Part shown: one piece after another, positions 49,861 through 59,633 of the stretch | Layout: every line of letters starts with the position of its first letter | How positions within the stretch are numbered: position 1 is the stretch's first letter | DNA from: Candidatus Saccharimonadota bacterium | GTDB taxonomy: Bacteria > Patescibacteriota > Saccharimonadia > CAILAD01 > BJGX01 | DNA length: 64,000 nt | Assembly: GCA_016191105.1 (NCBI GenBank) | Contig: JACPPH010000002.1 | Location: forward strand, 141,931 to 205,930 | Direction of reading: 5' to 3' | The notes under the pieces: generated by a model | The model's input: the letters and a program-made list of their open reading frames with translations, nothing else | Told to the model about the DNA's origin: nothing | Databases searched by the model: none | Program-made: the position numbers and the translations under genes

Positions 49861-51831
49861 CTAGCGTGGTGAAAAATACCATTTTAGAATCTCGTTGGTT
49901 ACTGGCACCGAGTACTCAGCGCCTTCTCCAGAGTTCTCTACCAGCACCACCATGGCGATCTGGGGGTTTTTAGCCGGCGCATAAGCTACAAACCACGCAT
50001 CTGGTTTAGTGGTTGGATTCTTGCCATCGAAGCCTTGTGAGCTGGTTTCGGCCGTACCGGTTTTGCCAGCCACCTGCACTGGCACTTCGTTCTTTATGCT
50101 ACAACAAGCGGTGCCTGCCGCCACAGCTTGTTCCATGCCTTGGCGAATTAGATCGAGAGCCTGGGAGCTAACAACATTTTGCCTAACCGGCACCGGCTCA
50201 ATCTTACGCACAGTCTGACCAGACGGGCTGCGCACCTCCAAAGCTACGCGTGGCTCATAAAGAGTGCCGCCATTAGCGATTGCTGCGGTCGCCATAACCA
50301 GCTGCATAGGCGTAGCCAAAAAGTCACCTTGGCCAATTGAAATATTATAGGTGTCGCCTAACCCCCAAGGCTCGCCAGTTTTTTGCTGTTTAGTAGCTGG
50401 CGTTGGCACATAGCCGTTGCTCTCGGATTTTATATCAATGTTAGTCTTTTGGCCAAAACCAAACTTTTTGTACCAGGCGACTAGCTTTTCTGGGCCCACC
50501 CCCTTAAACCCCTGGTAACCGCCACCCACCACGTAAAAGAAGATATCCGAGCTCCAGGTAAGTGCTTTAACTACATTAACAGGTCCCAAGCCACTAGCCT
50601 CCCAGCCCTTAAAAGTATAAACAATCGATGGGTTATATTGATTTTGTACCTCCAGCTTGCCCTTGTCATCGACAATAGTGCTGGCATTTATTACCTTCTC
50701 ATCTAATGCGGCGCTCGAAATAAACGGCTTGATAGTCGAGCCAATGGGGTAGCTGCCATTCAAGGTTCGGTTAAACAGGGGCTTGGAGGGATCGTTGAGC
50801 AAGCGGCTATAGTCGGCCTGAGATATTCCTTTGGCAAACAGATTGTTATCGTAGCCCGGATAGTTAACTGCTGCCAACACCTGGCCGTTTTGAGGATTGA
50901 CTGCTATTGCTGCTCCCGCCTTAGCGCCAGCCTTCTGAACTCCAGCCGCCAAAGCTTCGTAGGCTTTTGCCTGTAGATTCTTGTCGATTGAAAGAATTAA
51001 ACCATTGCCAGGAGTTGGCTCAATTTTTGCCAAGTATTTTATAGGCTGTCCCGAGGCATCGACAGCCGTTTGTTCCTTGCCATCTACTCCCTTTAGATCT
51101 TGCTCATAGGATTGTTCGAGACCACTTTTGCCAATGTAGTCAATTTGGCGGTAGTTGGGGTACTGAGCCCATTCCTCGGCTGATATGCGCCCGGTGTAAC
51201 CCAAAAAATGCGATAAATTACCCCCATCTAGATATTCCCTGATCGGGTTGACCTCTATAGAAAAGCCCCTCAGGCCGGCCTGGTATTCATCAATATTTAG
51301 AGCCGTGTCGCGGTCGACATTTTCGGCCACCACAACTGCTTGAGAATATTTTAGCCCTTTTGATTCTGCTTTGGCTTTTAGCTCGGCCGGCGAAGACCGC
51401 AACAGCCCTGCCAAGAGATTGTATTGAGACTGACGATCAGTAGCATTGCTTGGAAGCTGGCTCGGCATGGCTGTTAAATCGTAGTTGGCTACATTGCGCG
51501 CCACCACCTGACCATTACGATCATATATGGTGCCGCGGGGAGCTGTAATGTTTTGTGAGCGAACTCTGTTGCCAGCTGCTAGCGCCGTCGATTGCCGGCC
51601 ATTTACAATTTGTAAATTGGCTAGCCGCGCAAACAAAACGATCGCCACGCCCAGCGTAGCAACTGCAAATACTATAAAAAAGGCGATCGGTAGACTGTCA
51701 TAACCAGCAACCTGGTCGCTGCTACCGGTCATAACTGCTGCCGACCAGTCCTCGCTGGTTTTTACCGATTGCTCTCGCTTCGACGGCTTAAAACTTATGG
51801 CTCGATCATAAAAGTCACCAAATATCTTCAA
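49861..51831 (-). CDS. mrdA: Penicillin-binding protein 2 (elongasome transpeptidase)
   Basis: 656 aa. N-terminal TM, STIKPF (SxxK), KTGTAE (KTG). Last gene of the mreBCD cluster. Confidence 0.85.
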   Translation of the reverse strand: MKIFGDFYDRAISFKPSKREQSVKTSEDWSAAVMTGSSDQVAGYDSLPIAFFIVFAVATLGVAIVLFARLANLQIVNGRQSTALAAGNRVRSQNITAPRGTIYDRNGQVVARNVANYDLTAMPSQLPSNATDRQSQYNLLAGLLRSSPAELKAKAESKGLKYSQAVVVAENVDRDTALNIDEYQAGLRGFSIEVNPIREYLDGGNLSHFLGYTGRISAEEWAQYPNYRQIDYIGKSGLEQSYEQDLKGVDGKEQTAVDASGQPIKYLAKIEPTPGNGLILSIDKNLQAKAYEALAAGVQKAGAKAGAAIAVNPQNGQVLAAVNYPGYDNNLFAKGISQADYSRLLNDPSKPLFNRTLNGSYPIGSTIKPFISSAALDEKVINASTIVDDKGKLEVQNQYNPSIVYTFKGWEASGLGPVNVVKALTWSSDIFFYVVGGGYQGFKGVGPEKLVAWYKKFGFGQKTNIDIKSESNGYVPTPATKQQKTGEPWGLGDTYNISIGQGDFLATPMQLVMATAAIANGGTLYEPRVALEVRSPSGQTVRKIEPVPVRQNVVSSQALDLIRQGMEQAVAAGTACCSIKNEVPVQVAGKTGTAETSSQGFDGKNPTTKPDAWFVAYAPAKNPQIAMVVLVENSGEGAEYSVPVTNEILKWYFSPR

Positions 51832-51858
51832 GCTAACCCCCTGTTTGAATAGTAACCC

Positions 51859-52359
51859 CTACCTAGCATAAAAGTGTGACCATCGTCCGAGTAGTTGATA
51901 GAGAAATTTTATGGCTGGCAAGAGTAGCCAGGTCAACGCTCCAGCCACAACAGTCCGCCCCAATAGTATTAGTGCGATACTCGTCCAACCAGATACCAGT
52001 AAGAACTGTTGGGTGCCTACAACCCGAATAAAGCCGTACAGCAGACTAAAGCCACCGGCCAGCAGAATCATGACTATTACCGACGGTTCTTTTTCGCCCA
52101 GCTTAAAGACTAACTTAGATATCAACACCACCAACAAATAGTAAACCATGTGCAGACCAAAATCGCTGCCGCTATAGTAGTCTGCCAGAACTCCTGCCAG
52201 AATAGCTGGAATCAAAAGGCTGTCTAAGGGCAGCAGTACTGCCAACACAACCAGCAAGATAATGCTCAAATTCGGCCAAAGATTGCCCAGATTTGAGCCA
52301 ACAGTTACCTGAAGTAAGCCGGCAAATATTAAGACAGCAACTGCAAAAACCGTTTTCAT
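51859..52359 (-). CDS. mreD: Rod shape-determining protein MreD
   Basis: 166-aa polytopic membrane protein with a 4-nt overlap with mreC. Assigned mainly by position. Confidence 0.6.
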   Translation of the reverse strand: MKTVFAVAVLIFAGLLQVTVGSNLGNLWPNLSIILLVVLAVLLPLDSLLIPAILAGVLADYYSGSDFGLHMVYYLLVVLISKLVFKLGEKEPSVIVMILLAGGFSLLYGFIRVVGTQQFLLVSGWTSIALILLGRTVVAGALTWLLLPAIKFLYQLLGRWSHFYAR

Positions 52360-53153
52360 TGTTTCAACCCCAAAACCACAAAAACTAATTCTACTCTATT
52401 CACATCTACCAGCGGCTTTAGCTGGGCACTCTGAAACACAGCGTTGTCAGCCTTGTTAACTTGCTCTATTTGGCCAATTAGAATACCGCGTGGAACTAGG
52501 CCAGTACCGGTCGTTATAACCATCTCACCCACACCAAGACTGTCACCTTGCAAAACTTGACCAAATACATAGCCGCTACCCAGCTGGCCAGAGACAATCC
52601 CGTTGGCCCGGCCGTCTTGGGCAGTACCACGTATTTTAAACTGCGGGTCGCTTACCAAGAAAACTCTCGAGCTATAGTCATTAACCTGGTCGACCGTACC
52701 AACTAAGGCACCACTACTAACCACCGCCATACCTTTTTTTATGCCACTAGAGTTGCCTCTATCAATCGTAATATAACGCTGGGTCGTATCGACATCACTA
52801 GCCACAACTCTGGCCGGCGCCAAGTCTAGTGAAAGACTTTTATTAAACTCCAGTTGGGTGCGCAACTCTTCATTTTCGCGAGCAACTTCTTTAAGCGTAG
52901 ATAATTGCTGTTTGAGTTGCAAAATTTCATCGGCTTGACGGCCATTTTCGCGATTCAGGTTCTGAACCTTGCCCAAAAACCCAAACACGTCAGAAACCGA
53001 ACGGCCAACGCGAATTAGGCTGCGTCCGACCGGGTTAAAAATTTGATCGTGGATAATCCTAAATGGCCACAGAAACCCCAATATGTAAAGCAACATAATT
53101 AAGCCCGCAATCGCAGCCGCCACAACCACAGCAGGTGCATTTTTATTTTTCAT
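52356..53153 (-). CDS. mreC: Rod shape-determining protein MreC
   Basis: 265 aa. TM, coiled coil (LQLKQQLSTLKEVARENEELRTQL), beta-barrel region with GMAVVSSGALVGTV and GILIGQIEQV. Confidence 0.8.
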   Translation of the reverse strand: MKNKNAPAVVVAAAIAGLIMLLYILGFLWPFRIIHDQIFNPVGRSLIRVGRSVSDVFGFLGKVQNLNRENGRQADEILQLKQQLSTLKEVARENEELRTQLEFNKSLSLDLAPARVVASDVDTTQRYITIDRGNSSGIKKGMAVVSSGALVGTVDQVNDYSSRVFLVSDPQFKIRGTAQDGRANGIVSGQLGSGYVFGQVLQGDSLGVGEMVITTGTGLVPRGILIGQIEQVNKADNAVFQSAQLKPLVDVNRVELVFVVLGLKQ

Positions 53154-53292
53154 GCCTTAATCCTATGGCCACGACTAAATCACGGATTTTAGTGCGATTC
53201 GAGGCGTCTATGGGCAGTGAATGTAGTCGTACTAACAGGTACGACGAACAAGCCTCGGAATTGGCAACAAAGAAGCCTGCAACATCCATGGT

Positions 53293-54345
53293 TTAGTAAG
53301 GTGCCTTCTCGTACTGGGTGCTCACCAGCACGTCTTTTAGCCTATCAATGTCTTCGAGTACCATGCCCGTACCCCGCACCACGGCGGTCAAAGGGTCTTG
53401 GGTAATGTGCACCGGCATTTTGGTTTGTTGTTCGAGCAGCTTATCGAGTCCACGCAGCAGCGCACCGCCACCAGCCAAGTAAATGCCGTGGTCCATAATG
53501 TCGGCTATTAGCTCCGGTGGTGTTTCTTCGATGGTGTGCTTAATGGAATCCACAATTGCTCGCACACTACGAGCCAGCGCCATTCGCACTTGGTCGGAAT
53601 CGATAATCATCTCTTTGGGCAGGCCAGTTACCATGTCGCGACCGCGCAGTGGCGCCTCGAGGGTTTTGTCGAGCTTTAGAGCTGAGCCGATAGTGATCTT
53701 AATGTTTTCGGCGGAGCGCTCACCCACCTGCATGTTAAATTTCTCTTTGGCATAGTTAATAATATCTTCGGTTAGCTCGTCACCCGCTATGCGAATGCTA
53801 CGACTAGCCACAATGCCGCCTAAAGATATCACCGCCACCTCGCTGGTGCCGCCACCAATATCGACAATCATATTGCCAGCGGCGTCGTGCACCTCTAGAC
53901 CAGCCCCTACTGCCGCCGCCATGGGCTCCTCGATTAAGAAAGCCTGCCTGGCGCCGGCATTGCTGGCGGCATCTTCAACAGCCCGCTTTTCGACCTCGGT
54001 AACACCCGAGGGGATGCCAATCACCACACGGGGGCGCGGGAACAGCACAAAGCTCTCACGATGCACCTTTTCGATGAAATATTTAAGCATTTGTTCGGTA
54101 ATCTCGAAATCACTCACGACACCATCAACGAGTGGACGAGTAGCTACAATATTGGCCGGGGTTTTGCCAACCATGCGTTTAGCCTCGTCACCAATTGCCA
54201 AGATCTGCTTGTTCTTTTTGTTAATGGCCACAACTGAAGGTTCGTTAATTAAAATGCCCTTGCCACGCACGTACACCAAAGTATTGGCAGTGCCAAGGTC
54301 AATGCCAATGTCGTGGCTGAATCTGCCAAGCAAAGAGTTGATCAT
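53293..54345 (-). CDS. mreB: Rod shape-determining actin homolog MreB (paralog 2, in the mreBCD-mrdA operon)
   Basis: IGIDLGTANTLVYV, IVDIGGGTSEV, LAGGGALLRGLD. The ORF is open to 54375, but ATG at 54345 has SD GGGGGTGGA. Confidence 0.93.
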   Translation of the reverse strand: MINSLLGRFSHDIGIDLGTANTLVYVRGKGILINEPSVVAINKKNKQILAIGDEAKRMVGKTPANIVATRPLVDGVVSDFEITEQMLKYFIEKVHRESFVLFPRPRVVIGIPSGVTEVEKRAVEDAASNAGARQAFLIEEPMAAAVGAGLEVHDAAGNMIVDIGGGTSEVAVISLGGIVASRSIRIAGDELTEDIINYAKEKFNMQVGERSAENIKITIGSALKLDKTLEAPLRGRDMVTGLPKEMIIDSDQVRMALARSVRAIVDSIKHTIEETPPELIADIMDHGIYLAGGGALLRGLDKLLEQQTKMPVHITQDPLTAVVRGTGMVLEDIDRLKDVLVSTQYEKAPY

Positions 54346-54479
54346 GCGCATCCACCCCCAAGTTTCAGTGCGCATAATTCAAAAATATCCAAATTGTTTT
54401 TCTGCCAACGTTGGATCATGTAATTATAGTGTAACAAGCTACAAGGGCTGGTACTAGATAAAATCAGGTTTAAATTGCG

Positions 54480-55460
54480 TAGAAATGAAGAAGGGGCCCG
54501 AAGACCAGTGGTCGCGATGATCTCGCGAACCCCTTCTTCAGACCCCTGTGGGGACTGTCCCGTGCTACTAGTCCGACCAGACTTCCGGTGCGCTGTGCCG
54601 GGTTTGCCGGGCGCCATGCCAGTCGGTCTCGAGCAGAACCCGATTGCTGGCCAAGTTCCACTCCAGACGAGGAACCCCCACCCATGTGCCGTCTGGCAGG
54701 CAGAGCTCATAGCCAGCCATCTCGACGTAGGGCAGACGCTTGCCATCCTGCTGCTGAAGCAGCTTGGGGTGGTAGGCGTAGGCCGCCAAGACCTCAGCGT
54801 GGGCCAAGTTCCTGGACTTCTTCTCGGATCGCTGACAGATGTTGCCAACCATCCGACCTTTCGAGGGCTCCCAGTTCGCCAACAGATCGATGTGGACCAG
54901 GTGGATGCCCCGCTCGTAGTTGCACGCAGAGGAGTTGAGACGGAGATGATCCGCATCGGCGCACATACGTTCGGCACGAGTGTTGTCATGATCAACGCGG
55001 ATCACTCGCCACCACGTCTCGAAGGTGGCATCGGGCGAGCCGAGGTCGACATAGAGCAGCAACAGGTCGTCGATCTGTTGCGCATGCTCCAGATCGTCCT
55101 CACTGAAGACACGCTCGAAGTCCTCGTCGCTGAGGGCGTAGTTCCAATACCCGGCGTTGTATTCACGCAGGAGCGCCATCTGCTCATGGATTGTCAACAG
55201 CTGAGCGTTGTAGCGGTCATACAGGCCCTCAACCGAGAACTTGCCGTCCACCAGAGCTTGCAGCCCCGCGATTGCCTCGTCAGCTGGACGCTTGCCACTC
55301 TTGACGAATTCGAAGAGGCGGTTGTACACCACCCCCAGGTCGCCGAGCTCCTGTCGTGTAGCTCTCTTGGCCATCTTAATGGCCTCCTTTGCCGGTGTTC
55401 ATCCACGCTTACACTGTGTCGTGCATCGTGGTCTCAAGCCTCAGCTTGAGAGCGGCGCTT
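54480..55460 (-). other. High-GC island 2: single ORFan gene between the CPBP protease gene and mreB
   Basis: 38/60 G+C at 54601-54660. Shadow ORFs on both strands. AT-rich backbone sequence on both flanks. Confidence 0.75.
54568..55374 (-). CDS. Hypothetical 268-aa cytoplasmic protein, no recognised family
   Basis: ATG at 55374 preceded by AAGGAGG. Balanced amino-acid composition, unlike the Arg/Pro-rich overlapping ORFs. A GC-rich compound hairpin at 54487-54539 lies 28 nt after the stop. Confidence 0.65.
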   Translation of the reverse strand: MAKRATRQELGDLGVVYNRLFEFVKSGKRPADEAIAGLQALVDGKFSVEGLYDRYNAQLLTIHEQMALLREYNAGYWNYALSDEDFERVFSEDDLEHAQQIDDLLLLYVDLGSPDATFETWWRVIRVDHDNTRAERMCADADHLRLNSSACNYERGIHLVHIDLLANWEPSKGRMVGNICQRSEKKSRNLAHAEVLAAYAYHPKLLQQQDGKRLPYVEMAGYELCLPDGTWVGVPRLEWNLASNRVLLETDWHGARQTRHSAPEVWSD

Positions 55461-55503
55461 TATAGTTAAAAACGTTAACCACCATGCTTCTGTCAAGGTC
55501 TTG

Positions 55504-56247
55504 TTATCTGATCCAACCGGCAAGCAAAGCAAAAGCCAGCAAGTTGTTGAGCATGTGCAAAAATATGCCAGGAACAATGCTTTTGAGCCGCATATACATT
55601 AAACTCAAGAACATACCCAGCAAGAAAGTATAAATAATTACATTGGGCTGAAAGTGCAAAACAGCAAACAATATGCTGCTACCAGCCGCCCCAATTAACC
55701 AACCCCAGCGGCGCACCAAGGTTGGCAAAATCACCCCCCGAAAGTATATCTCCTCGACTATAGGCACGATTACTACGGTCGAGGTAAAACTAAATGCTAG
55801 TCCTGCCCCTGACTTGCCAAATTCAAAGCCCACAGCCTGAGGTGCATCGGCATTAAAGCTTGGCCAAAGCACTTTTATAGCCACATAGCTGATTGCCACT
55901 AAAACGACTGTTAATATGTAGAACAATACAACATATCCGGCCGAGTTCAGTGGCTTAAACTTACGCAAGCCAAAGTCAACTAGCTTAAGCCCGTATTTTT
56001 GCTTTAACATGAGCAAAACCAGGAATTCGATGGCTACGGTAATCAGCGTGAGGCTCACCCCAGACCAATACGGGTCGGTAACAAAAAAACTACTTAAAAA
56101 GCCTGGGAGCAAGCGGCTTTTAGCCAAAATAATAAGCATAATATAAAAACCAACCGGCAAGGCAACTATCATTGCCAGCGCCTTGGCGGCATCGCGCAGC
56201 CGCCAAGCTACGCCGGCAATCGCAAGATCTTTGCGCAAGGGATCCAT
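55504..56247 (-). CDS. CPBP-family (CAAX-type) intramembrane glutamic protease
   Basis: Motifs EEIYFRG, FAVLHF, HMLNN. The start is uncertain: ATG at 56247 or 56328, or TTG at 56379. Confidence 0.7.
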   Translation of the reverse strand: MDPLRKDLAIAGVAWRLRDAAKALAMIVALPVGFYIMLIILAKSRLLPGFLSSFFVTDPYWSGVSLTLITVAIEFLVLLMLKQKYGLKLVDFGLRKFKPLNSAGYVVLFYILTVVLVAISYVAIKVLWPSFNADAPQAVGFEFGKSGAGLAFSFTSTVVIVPIVEEIYFRGVILPTLVRRWGWLIGAAGSSILFAVLHFQPNVIIYTFLLGMFLSLMYMRLKSIVPGIFLHMLNNLLAFALLAGWIR

Positions 56248-56658
56248 GGCTTTATTATAGCCGAATGCACCTAGATGTTTTAGCGGCATTACAGCAAACA
56301 GGAAGCCAAAGAGGTTGGTGTGCTCCATGTTCGAGGACTGTTTGAGCATAAGTGAGTTCCGTAGAGCTGGAAGCAACAAGCTCTTTGGTGCTCTTGACTA
56401 GCGTCCATGCCGGCAGTTTTGGCTTAACTTTTTGCTGTCAAAAAGTAAGTCGGCCATTCGGCCGAAACTGAGTCTTGCGCTGTCCGCGCGGGACTTCTTT
56501 GAGTGAGCAAAGAAGCAAACTCACCGACATGGGCTCAAATCTAGAATCACAAAGTTGTCTTCACTTTCTGTTCTGCGACAGAGACGGCACTCGTGCTCGA
56601 ACAGAAGCATTCAGACAACTTTGCTTTCTGATTTTCGAATGTCGGAGAACTACGGTAA

Positions 56659-57738
56659 TTAGCGCAGTCGGTTTATGTCAGATATACTCACTACAATCAG
56701 CAGTATAATTAAGGCTGCAAAACCCAAAACGTGCACCAGGTTTTCGCGCGCCGGAGTAATCTTAACTCCAACCCGGCGCAAGATTATCAGTAGCTCTCGG
56801 CCACCATCAAGCGCCGGTAGTGGCAGGGCATTTATTACCGCTAGGCTCAATGATATCGAGGCCACAAACACCAATATGTAGCGCCAGCCAAACTGAATGA
56901 TCTGCGAGAAGATCGAGACAATACCAATTGGCCCAGCTACCTGCTCACTGACCTTGGCTTGAGTAAACAGACCGACAATTAGGCCAGCAAAAGCACCTAT
57001 TGTGGCCTCAACAAGCTGCCAAACCACCACCACCGCGGCAACCGGTGCCTGCCACCATGAATAACGCATAAGCTGCAAACTATCTGAGGCCACGCCTAAG
57101 TTGCCCTTGTTTGGATCGGTACCGAGTGTCGCTGTTGCCGTGTGCTCGCCCTGCGAGTTCTTGTAAACCAGAGTTATCTGTTGTCCGCCATGAGATTTGG
57201 TAAAGTCCTGCAACTGCTGATTGCTACTCAACATCTGGCCATTCACAGAAACCAGTTGGTCGGCCGTCTTGAGGCCGGAGCGGGCGGCGGCCGAGTTGGG
57301 CGTTACGGCCAAAACCGTTAGCTTGGCCTCGCCAATAGGTGCGGGCTGAATCGGGCCGAAACTTGGTAAGCCGCTTGGCAGCAATGGCGGCATGCCAACA
57401 ATAAGTAGAAATGTAATCAATAAATAAGCAATCAAAAGATTCATGGTAACGCCTGCCATTACGATCTTGGTCTTTACCCAAGCCGACTTGCTGGCAAAAC
57501 TGTCGGCACCCTTGGCCTCGCCATCTTCGCCTTTGAGGCGCACAAAGCCACCAATTGGAAAGGTGTTTATGCTAAACAAGGTACCGTTACTCTTACGACC
57601 CCATAGCCGCGGCGGAAAACCAACGCCAAACTCATCGACTTTTACGCCGTTGCGGCGGGCAGCCTTATAGTGCCCCCATTCATGAGCAATCACTAATACC
57701 GAGAACACCAACAGAACCAGAACAATCGTTAAGATCAT
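56659..57738 (-). CDS. rseP: Site-2 (M50) zinc metalloprotease RseP with PDZ domain
   Basis: 359 aa. HEWGHY (HExxH) in the first TM, PDZ segment, C-terminal NALPLPALDGG. Confidence 0.85.
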   Translation of the reverse strand: MILTIVLVLLVFSVLVIAHEWGHYKAARRNGVKVDEFGVGFPPRLWGRKSNGTLFSINTFPIGGFVRLKGEDGEAKGADSFASKSAWVKTKIVMAGVTMNLLIAYLLITFLLIVGMPPLLPSGLPSFGPIQPAPIGEAKLTVLAVTPNSAAARSGLKTADQLVSVNGQMLSSNQQLQDFTKSHGGQQITLVYKNSQGEHTATATLGTDPNKGNLGVASDSLQLMRYSWWQAPVAAVVVVWQLVEATIGAFAGLIVGLFTQAKVSEQVAGPIGIVSIFSQIIQFGWRYILVFVASISLSLAVINALPLPALDGGRELLIILRRVGVKITPARENLVHVLGFAALIILLIVVSISDINRLR

Positions 57739-58436
57739 TTGCCCCCACCATAGCGTCGTTCGCGGCCATTAAAGTCGTCGATCACATTATCGAGCCAGGC
57801 TACATCGAAGTCTGGCCAGTAAGCCGGCACAAAATTTAGCTCAGAGTAGGCACTGTCCCAAAGCAAGAAGTTACTCAGCCGTTGCTCGCCGCTAGTTCGC
57901 ACTATTAGGTCTGGTGCGGGTGTATCGTGAGTAAAAAGGTGGCTTTTTATTACCTCTTCATCCACTTTGTCGGCGCTGATCTTGGAATCAACAATCTCCT
58001 TAACCGCCATTACGATCTCTTGCTGACCACCATAGTTAAAGCACAGATTCAACGTGCCAGCAGTGTTTTTGGCAGTTTTGCTCTCGGTTTCGTCGATGGC
58101 TTGTTGCAGCTTCGCACTCAAACGCTCACGAAAGCCCCAAAATCTGATTCGCACGCCCTTGCTATTAAGCTCTTCGAGATCTTGAGTAAAAATCCGATAA
58201 GCCAGGTTCATTAAATATGACACCTCGGCTTCTTGTCGGTTCCAGTTTTCGGTCGAAAATATGTAAGCACCCACCTGGGCAATACCTCGATCAAAACAGG
58301 CTAGGGCAATCTCTTTGAGGCGTTCGTAGCCAGCCTTGTGGCCGTCGAGCTTGGACAATCCACGCTCAACTGCCCAACGGCGGTTACCATCGACAATAAA
58401 GGCAATATGGTTTAGCTGGCTTTTGGCTTTGGCCAT
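57735..58436 (-). CDS. uppS: Undecaprenyl-diphosphate synthase (cis-prenyltransferase)
   Basis: 233 aa. IAFIVDGNRRWA, RTSGEQRLSNFLLW. Confidence 0.95.
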   Translation of the reverse strand: MAKAKSQLNHIAFIVDGNRRWAVERGLSKLDGHKAGYERLKEIALACFDRGIAQVGAYIFSTENWNRQEAEVSYLMNLAYRIFTQDLEELNSKGVRIRFWGFRERLSAKLQQAIDETESKTAKNTAGTLNLCFNYGGQQEIVMAVKEIVDSKISADKVDEEVIKSHLFTHDTPAPDLIVRTSGEQRLSNFLLWDSAYSELNFVPAYWPDFDVAWLDNVIDDFNGRERRYGGGK

Positions 58437-58449
58437 ACTGGGGCTTTGG

Positions 58450-59010
58450 CTAGATAGCCATTAGCTCCTTTTCTTTGACCTCAACGGCCTCAGAAACCTT
58501 GCCCTGATAACGTTCAATCAAAGAATTCAAATCCTTTTCAACTCGAATTAGGTCATCCTCGGTAATTTTTTTGGCCTTGGAATCCGATTTAGCCTCATTC
58601 AAAACTTCGTGGCGCCCGTTACGCATACTCACATTGGCTTCTTCAGCTTTTTGACCTAGTAACTTAACCATTTGTGAGCGAGTTTCTTCGCTCATTGGCG
58701 GAATGTTCAGTCGCAGCGTGTGGCCATCGCTACTCGGGTTTAACCCTAGGGCCTGGTGTTCACGAATGGCCTTGTCGATTGCACTTAAATTAGCCTGATC
58801 CCAGGGTTGAATTTGAATGGTTTTGGCATCGGGCGTGGTGATCGTAGCCAAACCCTTAATGGGCATGGATTGGCCATAAACCTCAACCTTAATGCTGTCC
58901 ACCAAGCCGGCATTAGCCCGGCCCGAGCGCAGCCCAGCTAGATCACCTTCCAGGTGCTCTAAGGCGGCCTTCATTTTGGTTTCAGCAGCGTTTAAGTACT
59001 GTTGATTCAT
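58450..59010 (-). CDS. frr: Ribosome recycling factor
   Basis: 186 aa. Typical RRF pattern (LRSGRANAGLVDSIKVEVYG..., PPMSEETR). Confidence 0.95.
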   Translation of the reverse strand: MNQQYLNAAETKMKAALEHLEGDLAGLRSGRANAGLVDSIKVEVYGQSMPIKGLATITTPDAKTIQIQPWDQANLSAIDKAIREHQALGLNPSSDGHTLRLNIPPMSEETRSQMVKLLGQKAEEANVSMRNGRHEVLNEAKSDSKAKKITEDDLIRVEKDLNSLIERYQGKVSEAVEVKEKELMAI

Positions 59011-59018
59011 GCTGGTTA

Positions 59019-59633
59019 TTATACCGCAAGCGTTGGTTGGTCGCCACCAAGGCTTAGGCGTACAAAGCGTCGAATCACAATGTTTTCACCTAGCTTAGCC
59101 ACTAGAGCTTGGCGCATCTGTTCGATGGTTTGCTCAGGATCTTTTACAAATTTTTGATCGCTTAAGCAGACAGCCTCGTAGTATTTGTTAAGCTTGCCCT
59201 CAACAATTTTGTCGGCGTGCTCGGCTGGTTTGCCGCTGGCCACCACCTCTTTTTTAATAACTTCTTTTTCTTTCTCTATCACATCTTCGGGCACCGATTC
59301 TTGGTTCAAGTAGACCGGCTCGGCAGCGGCTATGTGCATGGCCAGATCGTGAGTAAAGGCTTTAAAGTCGTCGGTGCGGGCTACAAAGTCGGTTTCGCAA
59401 GCCACTTCAACTAGCACACCAATCTTGCCACCATGAATGTAGCTTTCAATTACACCATTTTCGGCCGCTCGATCAGCCTTTTTGGCGGCTTTGGCCAAGC
59501 CTTTGAGGCGTAAAACTTCGAGGGCCTTGTCGTAGTTACCCTTAGCTTCTTCGAGTGCAGCTTTGGCATCCATCATGCCCGCCCCGGTGGCTTCGCGAAT
59601 CTTTTTTACATCGTCGATACTAAAATCGGCCAT
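59019..59633 (-). CDS. tsf: Elongation factor Ts (short form)
   Basis: 204 aa. UBA-like N-terminus VKKIREATGAGMMDAKAALEEAKGNYDKALEVLR. Confidence 0.9.
   Translation of the reverse strand: MADFSIDDVKKIREATGAGMMDAKAALEEAKGNYDKALEVLRLKGLAKAAKKADRAAENGVIESYIHGGKIGVLVEVACETDFVARTDDFKAFTHDLAMHIAAAEPVYLNQESVPEDVIEKEKEVIKKEVVASGKPAEHADKIVEGKLNKYYEAVCLSDQKFVKDPEQTIEQMRQALVAKLGENIVIRRFVRLSLGGDQPTLAV

Noticed and set aside
54342-55465. Plus-strand ORF 54475-55449 (324 aa) and other ORFs overlapping the island-2 gene, including 54342-54995, which would fuse into mreB upstream sequence.
   Set aside because: Shadow-frame composition and no SD. The minus-strand 268-aa frame has AAGGAGG plus ATG and balanced composition.
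56380-56658. Identity of the structured spacer as RNase P RNA or tmRNA; also the 77-aa plus-strand ORF 56475-56708.
   Set aside because: Strings resembling the RNase P P4 halves (AAAGAAGTCCCGCG, ACAGAAAGTGAAG) occur in the wrong 5'-to-3' order, and the element is too short. No tRNA-like 3' end (GGTTCGA..CCACCA) is present for tmRNA. The ORF overlaps the rseP 3' end, lacks an SD and has an implausible sequence.
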